NCBI RefSeq assembly: GCF_006345805.1 | Contig: NC_043008.1 | Coordinates: forward strand, 64,046,001-64,110,000 | DNA from: Octopus sinensis | Taxonomy: Eukaryota | DNA length: 64,000 nt | Direction: 5' to 3' | Shown: positions 28,232 through 42,723 of the stretch, piece after piece | Layout of the letters: each line of letters begins with the position of its first letter | Position numbering within the stretch: the stretch's first letter is position 1 | Position numbers and translations under genes: made by a program | The notes under the pieces: model-generated | Seen by the model: only the letters and a program-made list of their open reading frames with translations | Database searches by the model: none | Told to the model about the DNA's origin: nothing

Positions 28232-28862
28232 TTTATGTGTGTGTGTGTATAATAGACTATGGGTATAAAAGTTTGCTTTCTAACCACTTGGATTCAGTTT
28301 CAGTCTCACTGTGGTACCTTTGGCAGCAGTTAAACTAATTACAACCCTACCAGTAGATTTGGTCTATGAAAACTAAAAGAAGCTTGTCATATGTTTATCC
28401 ATATTTGCATATCTATGTGAGTTTTTCTTAGTATTTCCTAGTCTTCCTATCATGCAATAGTTGTAAATGTGAGCCACCATCATGCAATGGGTGTCCTTCA
28501 TTTGATGTCTTCCATGAAAGCATGTCTGGCCAAAAGAAATATCACTTTATTTGCAAAAACAGGAGAGAGCTGGTGACAAGAATGGCATCTGACTATAGCA
28601 AACCAACTTCAATAAACTCTGTTTGACACATGAGCATATGGAAACATAGATGTTTAAATTATGATTTTTGTGTCTTCTATGCATTCATACATGCATATAT
28701 ATATATATATATATAATATATATATATATAATATATATATATACATATTCATATATATACCTACATACATACATATATACATATATATATACATACATAT
28801 ATATACATATATATATATATATACATATATATACATACATACATACATATATACATATATAT

Positions 28863-28899
<37 letters not shown>

Positions 28900-29048
28900 C
28901 TACAAAATTAGAAAATGGAGAAACATACTTAAATCAATCAAACATCAACCATCAGATGATACCCAATCAATACTTTATTACACCATTACATAGCAGTATA
29001 TTGGATATATGTTATCCCATGGTGGGTTGAATTTTCAACCCCTATCTC

Positions 29049-29085
<37 letters not shown>

Positions 29086-29213
29086 AAGATAGCTAACATG
29101 TCATCTTTCTACATATTTTCACACACAAACATATATATATTTATATATATATATATATAAGTGTACACATGCACATATCTATAATATGTAAGTGTATACA
29201 TACATATGAATAT

Positions 29214-29257
<44 letters not shown>

Positions 29258-29964
29258 ATATATGTGTGTGTGTATGTACATAAGTACATATATATATATG
29301 TGTGTGTGTGTGCATGTGTGTGTATATACACTTACATATATATGTAAATTTACTTACATGCAACAATGTCAGTGTACGTGAAAATGTCCAGAGAGGTGAT
29401 GTGTCAGCATTATATCTATATGTATTTTCTGTTGAACTTTTTCACTAGACATCATAGTGCACTCTAGAGGATAAATTCTAGACTATGATTTTAACATAAT
29501 CTGTAACATACATTCTTTTGTTACTGTTGTTGTTGTTGTGGTTTCCTCAATGTGTTGGATATGTTTAAAGATATTTCTAGTATCACCTCATATCTAATTT
29601 TACTTATTTAGTTTTATGATGTAAAAATCCTGTGTGATGTTCCAATAATACTTTTGTGTCAGGTTACATTTTATTGGAAATAAAAAAAAAAATTATATAA
29701 TCTGTATATCTGACAGAAATATTTTGGCAAGTTGAAGAGAATTTTTGGAAAACTCTGCATACTTTGAATTTAGAACTCTTTTATATTTACACTGCTAATA
29801 TCACTGGGAAAGGCATAAACATCACAATTCTTATTTCTTCATTTTATGATAATATCCAGGTTGTCATCTCCATGTACAAATCAATAGTAAACAGTCACAA
29901 GTTGGCTTTCCCCAAAATATTAAACTATTACAATTTCACTAATTATAGGCATTATATACATACC

Positions 29965-30202
29965 TCCTCCCTTATCCAGTCAGTCGAAGTCGACTCTCGG
30001 TTACTCGTTGGATCAGTGTCCTCCAATCAGTTCTATCCTGGGCCGCTTCTTTCAGATTGGCTATGTCCATTCCGGTATCACTCTTGATGGTGTCAAGCCA
30101 GCGGGTTTTGGTCGGCCTCTTCCTCCCGTGCCACTGACCATTCCGAGCATGACGTTTTTCTCCAGGGATTTTCTCCGCATAACATGACCGAAATATGCCA
30201 AT
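29965..30202 (-). mobile_element. RTE (BovB-like) LINE 3' fragment
   Basis: LAYFGHVMRRKSLEKNVMLGMVSGTGGRGRPK(fs)TRWLDTIKSDTGMDIANLKEAAQDRTDWRTLIQRVTESRLRLTG*. Confidence 0.9.
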
Positions 30203-30238
30203 CTATATATACATACCTACATAGATATATATGTGTCC

Positions 30239-30288
<50 letters not shown>

Positions 30289-30295
30289 CATCCTC

Positions 30296-30910
30296 ATCAT
30301 CATCATCGTTTAACGTCTGCTTTCCATGCTGGCATGGGTTGGATGATTTGACTGAGGGCTGGCAAGCCAAGAGGCTGCACTAGTCTCCAATCTGATCTGG
30401 TAAAGTTTCTACAGCTGGATGCCCTTCCTAATGCAAACCACTCTGAGAGTGTAGTGGATGCTTTTACATGCCACTGGCATGAGGGCCAGTCAGGTGGTAC
30501 TGGCATCGGCCATGCTATAATGGTGCTTTTTACATGCCACCTGCACAGGAGCCAGTCTGGTGGCATTGGCAATGACCACATTCAAATGGTGCTTTTTATG
30601 TGCCACCAGCACGGGAGCCAGTCAGTGGCCCTGGCAATGATCACACTCAAATGAGGCTTCTCATGTTCCACTGGCATGGGTACCAATCAGGCAGTACTGT
30701 CATTAGCCATGACAGTGATTTCATTAGCTTCAGCAGGTCTTCACAAGTATAGTTTATTGTCCAATGACTGAAGAGTACTCTTAAATGGGCTGGTTATACA
30801 GCACTGGTATAGGCCATGGTTATGGTCTCACTTGGCTTGCCAGGTCTTCTCAAGCACAGTATATCTCCAAAGATCTCGATCAGTTGTCATTGCCTCAATG
30901 AGGCCCAATG
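30296..30910 (-). mobile_element. RTE 3'-UTR-derived repeat with an internal ~57-bp minisatellite (~30455-30715)
   Basis: Same sequence as the 3' UTR of the LINE at 60921-61846, with a (CAT)n tail. Related copies at 40640-41205 (+) and 63290-63400 (+). Confidence 0.8.
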
Positions 30911-31098
30911 TTCAAAATATATATATACACATATATACATACATATAAATTATACATATATATATATATAGTTGAAATTTACAGAAAAACAGAAGACTAC
31001 TTTATATTCATATATATATATATGTACACACCACATATTTATATGTATCTTTATATATATATAATATATTTATGTGTGTGTGTGTATGTATATATATG

Positions 31099-31166
<68 letters not shown>

Positions 31167-31174
31167 TATATATA

Positions 31175-31295
31175 TACGAGGGGTGCTGAAAAGTCCCTAG
31201 CTTTAAGGTTATCACGAAAGGCGGCCTGGTTGGAGACCCAACATTCTGTGTTCTTTTACAGGGCTTAGGAAAAACTGAAGGACTGCTGCAATAAT
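31175..31295 (+). mobile_element. mariner-type MITE fragment (opposite-end fragment at ~49480-49610)
   Basis: TA|cgaggggtgctgaaaagtccctagcttt terminus is shared with 49480 (tacgagggggtgctgaaaggttcctagcttt). Confidence 0.65.
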
Positions 31296-31319
31296 CACCA
31301 TGCACTCATCAGAATCCAT

Positions 31320-31790
31320 GAGAATGCTGCCCGACTTGTTCAAAGTCACCAGCCACAATAACCAAGTCTCTGTCATTTATCATTGAAGTTCTCTGCAGAA
31401 GGACCACATAGAATTGGTCCGTCTGGTCATCAGCCAGCCCAGCCTGTGGAGAATAGCAGAGATACATGTAACTGTTAATTTATCTTTGATAAGTCTTAAC
31501 CTAATAAGACTATTGCATACTCTGACTACCTCAGTCATCTTATCCATCTACTTTCTGCTAACAGTATGCCTACATGAGCTACTCCATCACACCTATTTAT
31601 CCAGAAGAATTTGAAGTTCTGTTTGTTACCTGTGAGGAATCTTGTAGAAGCTTCCTTCCATCTCACTTCTTGCATGCCACACACATCAACATAGGTATAC
31701 TCCATCGTTTTAATAATGTCACTAGACCTTTCATTGTGCCAATGTTAATGGTAGCTGTCCTGAAATTGTGTACTTGGGAGTGAGAGTGGA
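31320..31790 (-). mobile_element. RTE LINE AP-endonuclease N-terminal fossil
   Basis: With frameshifts: FRTATINIGTMKG...DVCGMQEVRWKEASTRFLTGNKQNFKFFWIN...DGVAHVGILLA, matching GTLNVGTMxG...DVCCLQEVRW. Confidence 0.8.
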
Positions 31791-33958
31791 AAGGTAGTTA
31801 TTGTGAGCCTTTTGTCAGTACCTGAAAAGAAGATCTGCACAAACACCTGCCAGGTGGCATAAAACTTTATACATAGTTTATTCAATTCATTTGAACCACA
31901 ATTTCCTCAATCCAATGCAACATCTTGAATAAGGGACGAAAATGAGAGAGGGAAAGAGGGTACAAAACAGTGGGGCGCATAGGTTGACCAGGAAGTGAGG
32001 AAGGGAGACTGAACATGAAGGTGTCAGTACACCAGCAAAAGAAGAAATAAAGATAAACTTTTTTTCTATTCCAAAGAAAAACGATTTTATTCACACAAAT
32101 ATGCAACCGAAGAGTTTAAAGTACCAGTAATGATAAGGCTGTTGACTGGAAGAACACAAACATGGTTTAAACAGTAAGCTTGGCAGGAAAGAACGTGCAT
32201 TTAAGCAGTATAAAAACAACAAAAAATGGAAGGTGCAGTTATGAACAGGTTGACAGAAGAAAATCAGAACAAAAACAGCTTTATCGATCGCATTCTCACC
32301 TGGAATCGATTTTTGTAATTTTCTTATGATTTATACACGCCCTGATACCATTGGTATCTACATATCAAATTTGAGCACAATCGGATGGAGGATGTCCAAG
32401 ATCCAAGAAGACAGACAGACAGACAGAATGGATTTTATATAAGAGATGTGTGTGTGTGTGCATTCACACACATACTCATACACACAGGCACAATAGGTAA
32501 AGAGAGAGGTTGGTAAAGATAAAGTTTCCTTCTTGACGGACTCACAAGAGCCGGTTTGCCAGTTTCCATAGCTTACAAATTTTCCACCTGGATGGGACAC
32601 TGGTCTGTCAAAAGATCACTCATTTTTGCTAGCTGAATGGACTGGAGTAACATGAAAGGAAGTGTTTTGCTCAAGATTACAATGTATCACCCAGACCAGG
32701 AATCGAAATCACAATCTTACGATCATGAGCCAAACACCTTAACCACTAAGACATGCACCTCCACATGCATTCAATAGGCTTCTTTCAGCTTCTATCTACC
32801 AAATCCACTTACAAGTCTTCCATCAGCCTAGGGTTATTGTGGTAGACAAGTTGCACATATCTGAAAAACAAAATTCTTAATCATGCAGCCATTCCTACAC
32901 CCAATGTGACATTTCTTTTTACTTTTAAGATTGTTGAATGCGATAAGAGGGTGATGTGGCTGCTAATTTTTGTGGATTGAATAGCCATTAAAAGCTTCCT
33001 CATTTGCAAGTTCAGACAGACTATAGAAGAGAAACAACTTGTAAAGATTCCAAAAATATATAACTGTTTTATGTAAGAGTTTAACATATTACAGCTGCAA
33101 TTTAAAATCTTGTCAAGCACTCTCCGAGAAATAAATATAAAGTGTCTTCTATTTAGTAAATGCAATGGAAACCACATAAACCAGGAAATAACCTCAGAAA
33201 CATTGAAAGTATTTCGTTTTTGAAGACATTTTTTTAGTTACATTCTGACAGAGCTAAAATGTTTAATGTAATATTACTGTATTAGTTTTGTTTAAATTTC
33301 TCTCAAATTTAACCATTTATGGAAAAATATAATTGACATTTATGGACAATGGACAAGTTGGGAGTCGTTGGAGTGCTGCAGCTTTGCAGCATATCTTGGA
33401 TGAGAAAGCCTGGTGGGGTCCACCCCTCTTCAGGCTAAACTCATTTCTACAGCTGAGAGGACTGCAACATCATGAAATGAAGCGTTTTGCTCAAGAAGTC
33501 AATGGATTGCCTGGTCCAGGGATTGAAACTACAAACTTATGGTCGTGAATCCAACACCCTAACCACTAAACAATGCACGTCCACTAGTGGTACTCATTTC
33601 TACAGCTGAGGGGACTGGAACAAAGTGAAGTGAAGTGTTTTGCTCAAGAACACAACACATTGCCTGGGCCAGGAATTGAAACTACAATCTTACGATTGTG
33701 AATTCAACACCCTAACCACTAAGCCACGTTCATCTGCTGACATTCTTGATACTTTTCATATTTCTTTAACTACAGCTTTGTGGTAAGAACGTTGCTTGGC
33801 AATAATATGGGATTTGGGATTAGTCCAACTGAATGTTACTTTGGGTATGTGTCTTGTCTTCTACAAGAGCCTTGGTCTGACTAGAACCTTGAGAGTGAAT
33901 TTAGAAGATAGAATCAGAAAAAAGCCCATCCTATGTGAGAGTATATGTGCATATGTGT

Positions 33959-34005
<47 letters not shown>

Positions 34006-34566
34006 TGTGTTTGTGTCTTCTTGACATTGCACGATAGCTTTAAACAAGACTTACCATCATACATGCAGTATCATTTGTTTCCAAGGCAATGATAATTATA
34101 ATGTTATAATGATGATGATGATGAATGCTTGATACACACAGACACATACACACACTCACATACACACACCTATACACACACACATGTGTAAACCTATGTG
34201 GTTGATATGAAAACATGACAAATTTAACTATATCTCCATAGACTGAAAATATGACGAACATCCTAATTCATTCATTCATTCTTTCATTCATTCATTCTTT
34301 CATTCATTCATTCATTCATTCTTTCATTCATTCATTCATACATACATACATACATACATACATACATACATACATACATACATACGGAGAGTTTACAAAA
34401 AAAACAAAAGACGAAGACAGGCAGTGTACAAAACAAACAGATGTATTAGTATAATGCTCAGGAATACATACACATATACATACATACATACATACATACA
34501 TACATACATACATACATACATACATACATACATACATACATACATACATGCATACATATGTATATG

Positions 34567-35874
34567 TACAGGGTGCGGTGAATATATTGTTGTCTAAGTT
34601 ACGCAGAAATGAAAATAGCACTGACATCTCACTTTAACAGATAAATTTACCAAAATTACATAAAAATATATTGAAATACTAAATAGTAAATTTAGTCAAT
34701 AAAATCACAATTGGCATCAACCACGGCTTCCAGACGACTTTGGAATCTCCTGCAACTCTGATAGATGATCTCCTTGTTTAAGTTGGTGAATGCTATCATA
34801 ATCCTTGCTTTCAGTTCATCTTTGGTGTTACAAGGAGTCTTGTTGGACTCTCACTCAACTGCATACTACACATAATAATCAAGAGGGTTGCAGTCTGGGG
34901 AGTTAGGTGCCCAGACGTTAGGGGTGGTGTGGCTGCAGAAATTGTCTGACAGCCATGGCTGTGTTCTCCTGCTTGTGTGACATGGTGCAGAGTCCTGTTG
35001 CTAGACATAGGGTCTTCCAGCAGTCACCTGCTAGACCCAGGGTAGCACTACCTCCTCCAAGCACTTGATGTAGGTGTCCATGTTGAGTGTGATGCCATGT
35101 GGGAAAATGAATGGTAGCATAAAGTCGCCATCACCAGTGATCCCTTCAAACACCATGATGTTGACTGGATGTTTGATTTTATCACTCTCGGTACATGTTT
35201 TAGGGACACGGCAAGACAATGGTTGTTCTGTGTGATTACCATTTGATCCTGGCAGGAAGTTTTCTCATCTGAGAAAAACCAAAGCATGTTCAGTTGGAGG
35301 GGATGCTTGGGTTTGTTCAAAAGCTTCATAGCACAGTCTTTCCTCTTGTTCTTGATGGCTTGGTATAAAAATTGGCCCTTTCTCATCGTGTATGAAGAAT
35401 ACTGAATGTCTTTATGCAGTACCTACCTGATAAGAAACTAAGACATTCCCATGTCCCTGGCGATGGATCTGATTGAACTTGGAGGGATCATTGTCAATCA
35501 TGACCTGGATCTCACCAACAAATTCAGGAGTTCTTTTCTTATTAGAATGATCAGAGTGAGTTTTCCGAGCTGCCATACCTTTGTAATCACCATTAAACTC
35601 ATCCAACTCTTTCCAATTCCTCTACCCTGTGCTCAGATTGACACCTAGTCACATAGAAATGTTCATATTGAGGCTTCCAGCATGAATGCCAAGCAGTACA
35701 GCATGTCATTTCCAAATTTCTGGCACAGTGAATTGCATCATGGTACTGCTTTTCTCATAGATAGTGCTCAACTAACCTTTTCGTATTGCTTAGTTGACAA
35801 AATCAAAAGCAAACAATGTGCATGCACGCAATTAAAAATATAAAATGGTGACAATTTACCCATTGCACCCTGTA
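34567..35874 (-). mobile_element. DD37D (maT-like) Tc1/mariner transposon fossil, near full length
   Basis: WFFSDEK ... QQDSAPCHTSRRTQPWLSDNFCSHTTPNVWAPNSPDCNPLDYY, with 37 residues between D and D. TA|cagggtgc ... gcaccctg|TA ends; multiple stops and frameshifts. Confidence 0.92.
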
Positions 35875-35882
35875 TGTGATTG

Positions 35883-35927
<45 letters not shown>

Positions 35928-36957
35928 CAATAAGAGGCTTCCAAATAGGAAAGCGTTGTGCTAGAAAGAGCAGTAGAAATCTCAAAAACCACATATACAT
36001 ATACAGGATGCGATGGGTAAATAGTCACTATTTTATATATATATATATATACCATAATGTCTGTACCATTTCTATGTGGCTGTTCTATGCAGAACGAATA
36101 TTACTACATTTTAACCCAAAGAAAACATAATTTTCCCACTCTTTAATGACACACAACCTGTGTCCATTTTATTGCAAGTAAGGAAACAAACCACTGCCAC
36201 CCCAACCATGGCAAAACCAGTAGACCAGCCAGTGTTTAGGTCCTTTCCCAACCTCAGTACTGAATACTTGCCTGCTACTGACTTGTAATATATAAACAAG
36301 AAGTGATCATCAGTTGTTGATCTTGCAACAAACTAAAGTAGCTGGTTTTAAAATCTCTGGAAGAGATTCACACAGAAACAGTAGTAATCTCTAATGTGTG
36401 TACTACTTTTACATGGCTGTTCTGTGCAGAACAAATGTTACTACATTTTAACCTCAGGAAAACATCTTTTTCTTGCTGGCTAATAGCACACAACCTGTGT
36501 CTGTTTTATTGTGAGTAAGGGAGATAACAACTCCCACTCCAGCATGGCAAAACTAACAGACCAGCCAGTTTCTATTTGCTTTCCCATCCTCAGCACTAGA
36601 CGTTTGCCTGCTAGAGATGGCAGCTATCCATCCCTATTTGCTGTCCCTCCCTACTTGATATCCATCCATCTCTCCTCTCTTTCTCTCTCTCTCTCTCTCT
36701 CTACATATATATATATATTATATATATATATATATGTATGTATGTATATAGAGTGCAACTCCAGCGTTTTCCATTAGCTGCTTCATACACAGAAGAGCTG
36801 CAAGAACAGTTGTTGTCAGCCACACAAACACTTTCATCATTAATACAATCATAAATGTCTCCTTCAAAATTGTTAATTTTTCTGTACATACATACGTATA
36901 TATATATATACATACACACACACACACACACACACATATGTATACATTCATATACAT

Positions 36958-37012
<55 letters not shown>

Positions 37013-38699
37013 CATTCATATACATATATATACATACATACACACACGCACACACTCACATATATATATATATATATATACATTCATATACATATATATA
37101 CATACATATACATATATATACATACACACTCACACACAAACACATATATATCACACGTATGTAAACATACCAGGCATAAATATTTAAATTTTATAACAAT
37201 GTGTTAATATAGAAGAGAAATTAATGGAAAAAAAAATAATTTGACATTAATATTTTCTTCTCAATTTTTCCTAATAAAGCTAAATTTGCAATTTATATAA
37301 GAATACTATTGGATAAATAGTTGAAACGATGACCAACAACTGTGTTTGTTATAAATACATTCCAAAGAAATTTCGCAATATATTCTAAAAGCCTTAATTA
37401 AAGGAGTAATTTATAAAATCATATCACTTCATTCTTGAACCTTCACCTCAATCTACACTATTAATTTTTTAAACCATTAATCAAAGCTATTTTGATTTGT
37501 AGCCAAAAGCTTTCGGACTAATTGACAACAGTTATACCTACTTGTCTGTGGTTCTAAACTTTGGCCTAATTCATGAGTGGTCTATTCCAAGAAACACTCA
37601 GACTGCAACTTTTATGATTAATGATTGCTAAATTTTGTTTGATCAACTACTGTTGTCCCTTCATTAGATAACAATAGATAACAATAATAAAAACAAAGCC
37701 TCTCCTATACTATCATCTAACTAAGAACATCTTTCTGAACAACGTTACATGTATTGAGATCAATACATGAAGCATTAATTGATTTAAGACACAAAAATAG
37801 AATTATATTTTATTGTGCTCAGAAACAAAAGGTAGTAATTTTCTTGAAATTTTCAAGAAGAAATGCATAATATTTCTAATAATTCCTTTTGAAAGGTCAC
37901 TATGACACGGAGTTTAGAAATCTTGGTTTTGTTATAAAACGCTAGCTTTCCAAAAATAAATATAAACAGCTTTAATTTTGATTGCTATTAATATTTCTAA
38001 TCAGCCATACATATTTATGATAGCAGTATTAGATACATGAGATATATTAGGTTAGATACTGCATATTTAAAATCTAGTTGCGAGCTATCCTTGAACAAGC
38101 ATGGCTCAGTGGTTAAGCAGTTTTCTCGGTAACCAAACACCTCCGGGTTCAATTACATCTTCTGTTTAATTACCATATGAGGTAATTAGTAGGCAATGAT
38201 TTAAAAGAATACATCTACTGGTAAAAATTATTCTTTTGGTTAATATTTCTCTTGTTTTAGTCAGTGGACTGTGGCCATGCTGGGGCACTGCCTTGAAGAG
38301 TTTAGTGGAATAAATCCACCTCAGTGCTTATTTTTTTCACTCTGGTACTTATTGTATCAGTCTCTTTTACTGAACTGCTAAATAAAAAGCGATGTAAACA
38401 AACCAACACGTTGCTGAGTGGTGGTGGAGGACAAACACACATACACACACACTCACACACACACACACACATACACAAATGCACACAGACATATTGTCAA
38501 GTTGAGGCTACAGTAGAAGACACTTGCTCAAGGTGCCACCACACAGTAGAACCCAGAACCATGGGTCTGGTAAGCAAACATCTTACCATGCAACCACACC
38601 TATTGTTCGTAATTTTCATCTTTTGATATGGGGTGGGGGTGTGTGCAGATTTCTTTTATTTCCTTCAGTGGTTTCTGCCTCGTATTTGTATACAAACCT

Positions 38700-38983
38700 A
38701 ACACTGTTCGATATTTAAGAGATGAGGAATTATGTACATTATTTGCCTTATTTACATTTGACAGCTATTTGTCCTCATCTTGTTTGTTGTTAACACAACA
38801 TTTCGGTGTCTTGGGAAAATTTGGAACCTGGGTTCTCTTTCCTAAGGTATTTTTTGATGTTGTTGTTATTATTATTGTTGTTGTTGTTGCTATTATTATT
38901 ATTATTATTCAGGTCACTGTCTGGAATCGAACTTGGAATCTTGGGGTTAGTAGCCCGTGCTCTTAACCACTATGCTATATGCC
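38700..38983 (-). mobile_element. tRNA-HHR SINE copy with the hammerhead core deleted
   Basis: Head GGCATATAGCATAGTGG...AGTTCGATTCC. The junction gacac|cgaaatgttgtgtt lacks CTGATGA..CAGC. An opposite-orientation piece ccaagacacctgatgag abuts the 5' end (38984-39000). Confidence 0.8.
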
Positions 38984-39267
38984 CCAAGACACCTGATGAG
39001 GACCGTTCAGGTTCCTTGTCTGTTTTGGCATGGTGGGTTTCTATGGCTAGATGCCCTTCCTAACATGAAATGCCTGAAATTTTAGGGGAGTAACTACATC
39101 ACATCAACACCAGTACTTATCAGGTACTTATTTTACCAATCCTGAAAAAGGATGAAAGGCAAAGTCACCTTCAACAGAATTTGAACTCAGAATGTAAAGC
39201 TGGAAGAAATGCCTTGAAGCATTTTGACCATCATGTTAATGATTCTGCCAGCTCATGACATTATCTG

Positions 39268-39868
39268 AAGGCAGCGAGCTGGCAGAAGTGTTAGCACACC
39301 AGGCGAAATGCTTAGGGTTATTTTATCCACCGTTACGTTCTGAGTTCAAATTCTGCCAAGGTCGACTTTACCTTTCATCCTTTTGGGGTCGATTAAATAA
39401 GTACCAGTTACGCACTGGGGTCAATGAAATCGACTTAATCCGTTTGTCTGTCCTTGTTTGTCCCCTCTGTGTTTAGCCCCTTGTGGGTAGTAAAGAAATA
39501 GGTATTTCGTCTGCTGTTCCGTTCTGAGTTCAAATTCGGCTGAGGTTGACTTTGCATTTCATCCTTTCGGGGTTGATTAAATAAGTACCAGTTAAGCACT
39601 GGGTCGATATTATCAACTAAATCCGTTTGTCTGTCCTTGATTGTCCCCTCTTTATTTATCCCCTTGTGGGTAGCAAAGAAATAGGTATTTCGTCCGCTGT
39701 TAGGTGCTGAGTTCAAATTCTGCCAAGGTTGACTTTGCCTTTCATCTTTTCAGGGTCGATAAATTAAGTACCAGTTATGCACTGGTGTCGATATAATTGA
39801 CTTAATCCGTTTGTCTGTCCTTGTCTGTCCCTTCTGTGTTTAGCCCTTTGTAGGCAATAAAGAAATAA
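39268..39868 (+). mobile_element. Head-to-tail trimer of tRNA-derived SINE family A inside one 17-bp TSD
   Basis: Units 39268-39500, 39501-39683 and 39684-39868. TSD gctcatg(a/g)cattatctg at 39251-39267 and 39869-39885. Confidence 0.88.
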
Positions 39869-40419
39869 GCTCATGGCATTATCTGGCAAAAAAGCTTATG
39901 CCTAACAACATAACTCATTCAATGTAATCTCCATTCATAGATGTTCTCTTCTTTCTTCCCTCTCTCTCTGTATATATATATATATATATATATATCAGTT
40001 TTAAAATAGGAACTACATTATTTACAGCTCTATCACAAGATAGAATAAGGACACAATGGCATCGAATAAATCATTGAACATCAGCTATCATATATTTCCC
40101 TAGTCTTCAATAAATTATAACAACTGCAACATCTCTGTGATGAATCAGCTTCCAATAATTGCTTTGGTTGTTCTCATGAAAGAAAAAAGTAGTTTACAAA
40201 CCATCTTCTAATTCAACAGCATAAGCCTGTCTGAGACCATCTTTGGTTCTTTAGTATAAAACCACATATTTTAAAGTGTTCATACACACTAAGTGTGTGG
40301 AGGATTGGTGTTTTCTTTCCTCAACTAAGAGGTATATGCAGTTCCTTGCAGTCTTTGTGTTCACTTAAAGAGGAAAAGGCTGTACTCATGCTCATTGCAA
40401 GTCCTCTAAGATTGGTGAG

Positions 40420-40660
40420 ATCGATGTCATTAATGAACCACGTGAGCCTTTAAATATCAATAAGTGTAAGAGAGATATGGGCAGGGAGAGCATTCCAAGA
40501 GGTTAAAATTCTTTAAAGGAAGGAATGAGAGTAGGGATTTGTGAAGGGCTTGGGCGGTCAGAAGCAATAAGGAAGGTGACAAGAAGAGAAGTAAGTGGGA
40601 TAGGAATATCTAACAGGAGATAACGATATGCTGAGTGATATGCTGTGTTTGAGAAGACCC
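40420..40660 (-). mobile_element. CR1/Jockey-type LINE 3' end, decayed
   Basis: TNPYSHSFL*RILTSWNALPAHI...INDIDLT resembles HYxxSFFPRTxxLWNALP...INRIDL. Confidence 0.55.
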
Positions 40661-41204
40661 TCAAGCCAAGTGAAATCGTAGTTATGGATGATGTCAGTGA
40701 CTCATACCTGGCACCCATGCCAGTGGTATGTAGAAATGCCCCTTCGAAATTTGGGCCTCACAGAGGCAGTGACAAGTGACTGAGACCTTTGGCAATATAT
40801 TGTGCTGGAGAAGACCTGTCCAGCCAAGTGAAATCGTAGTCATGGCTGATGCCAGTGGTTCATACCTGGCACCCATGCCAGTGGCACGTATAAATCACCC
40901 TTTGAACTTTGGGCCTTACAGAGGTAGTGACAAGTGACTGAGACCTTTGGTAATATGCCATGCTTGAGAAGACCTGTCATGTTAAGTGAGATTGTAGTCA
41001 TGGCTGATGCCAGTGTTTCACAACTAGCAGCAGTACCAGTGGCACATAAAAAGCTTCCATTACACTCTTGGAGTGGTTGGCATTAGGAAGGGCTTCCAGC
41101 TGTAGAAACCATACCAAATGAGATTGGAACCAGGTGCAGCTCGCCCAGCTTACCAGTTTTCAGTTAAACCATCCAACCCATGCCAGCATGAGAAACAGAC
41201 GTTG

Positions 41205-41205
41205 A

Positions 41206-41259
<54 letters not shown>

Positions 41260-41311
41260 GTGATGATGATGGTGGTGGTGGTGGTGGTGATGATGATGAT
41301 GATGATGATGC

Positions 41312-41357
<46 letters not shown>

Positions 41358-41377
41358 GAGGATGATGATGATGATTG

Positions 41378-41426
<49 letters not shown>

Positions 41427-41451
41427 GATGATGATGGTGTGGTGGTGGTGG

Positions 41452-41533
<82 letters not shown>

Positions 41534-41580
41534 GATGATGATGATGGTGATGGTGATGATGATGATGATGATGATGATAA
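41205..41580. repeat. (GAT/GGT)n array, the expanded tail of an RTE-3'-derived repeat
   Basis: Directly visible; begins right after ...acgttgaatgat. Confidence 0.95.
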
Positions 41581-42723
41581 GACAGCATGAGCTCAATCAG
41601 CTCAATGATGCATATACCATTTTAATAATGTTAAGATTGACAGAGAGAAAACACAATGCACCTGTGTATCAGAAGCTAGAGTACGTCTGTAAGCCAATCT
41701 GTTTTTATGCCAAACAGATTAATAGCAAACAGTCTTTATGCCAAAGAAACTTTATACTAGTTCTTCTCCTTTGATGCTGCAGGCCCCACACCAGATTACA
41801 GTCAGCTGATTTTGCAACAAGCAAAAGTGTTCGTTCTAAAATCTCTCTAAGATATCAATGCAGTAGTTGTAGTAACAAGTATTGTACTATCAATTTATCA
41901 GAGGCAGCTGTACAACATTAACCAGCTAAAAAGTACAGTAAAGTCCGTTAAAAAGTACAGTAAACCAGCTAAAAAGTACAGTAAAGTCTTGTCTTAATAA
42001 TTCTGATGCGTACTTAATACAATCTTTTTACTCTTTCGTTTTTCTCTCTTTCTCTCTCTTATTCTTTTACCTCCTCTTCTCCCACTATTTTATCCTATTA
42101 CTCTGTTCCTCTCTCTCACTCACTCTTCCTTCAGTGCTCAAGTGGCTCCCACGTGACCATCGGCCAACTTTCTTCTCCTAATTTGTGTTTCTTTTTTTCT
42201 CTCTGTTGTAGCTGGAACAAAGAAGATGTGTTCTTGTTTGTCTCCTGTCCAAGATTGATTTACACGTTCGCCACCACAACCGCATTTAGGCTCAGCAGCC
42301 CTTCCTGTTTGTTTTCACTGTCCTGTTTGTGTTTCCAACTTTGACCCTTTGCAAAATCCCAAATTTTATTTAATTTGCTTTGCGGAAGCAACTGTTTTAT
42401 TGAAAGCATATATTGTTGTTAAATGCTCAAAATTCGCGACTAGAAAAACAGCCAACAACTGATGAAGGGTCGTTCTTTATGTTTGCTTTGTTTTCCATTT
42501 ATGTCTCTCATTGTTTGAAAGAATAGTTCATGTTCCATGTACTCGTGCTTCATATTTTTTTTTGTTGTACACATTTTGTGATGTTCTGTGCCCCCATATG
42601 CATATCTATATCTATCTATATATATATATACACACACGTATAGATGTAATTGTGTGCATATACATATGTATATATATGCATATACATATGTATATATAGC
42701 AGTTATATTATTATATATATATA

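Noticed and set aside
30455-30715. Repeat-spacer-like array (also 40640-41010 and 61080-61290) resembling CRISPR
   Set aside because: Whole units are degenerate tandem copies inside an RTE 3' UTR, with no unique spacers or cas genes, in a eukaryotic context.
41118-41774. Poly-Asp/Met ORF resembling an acidic biomineral protein
   Set aside because: Expanded (GAT)n tail of a retroposon; the ORF begins inside the repeat.
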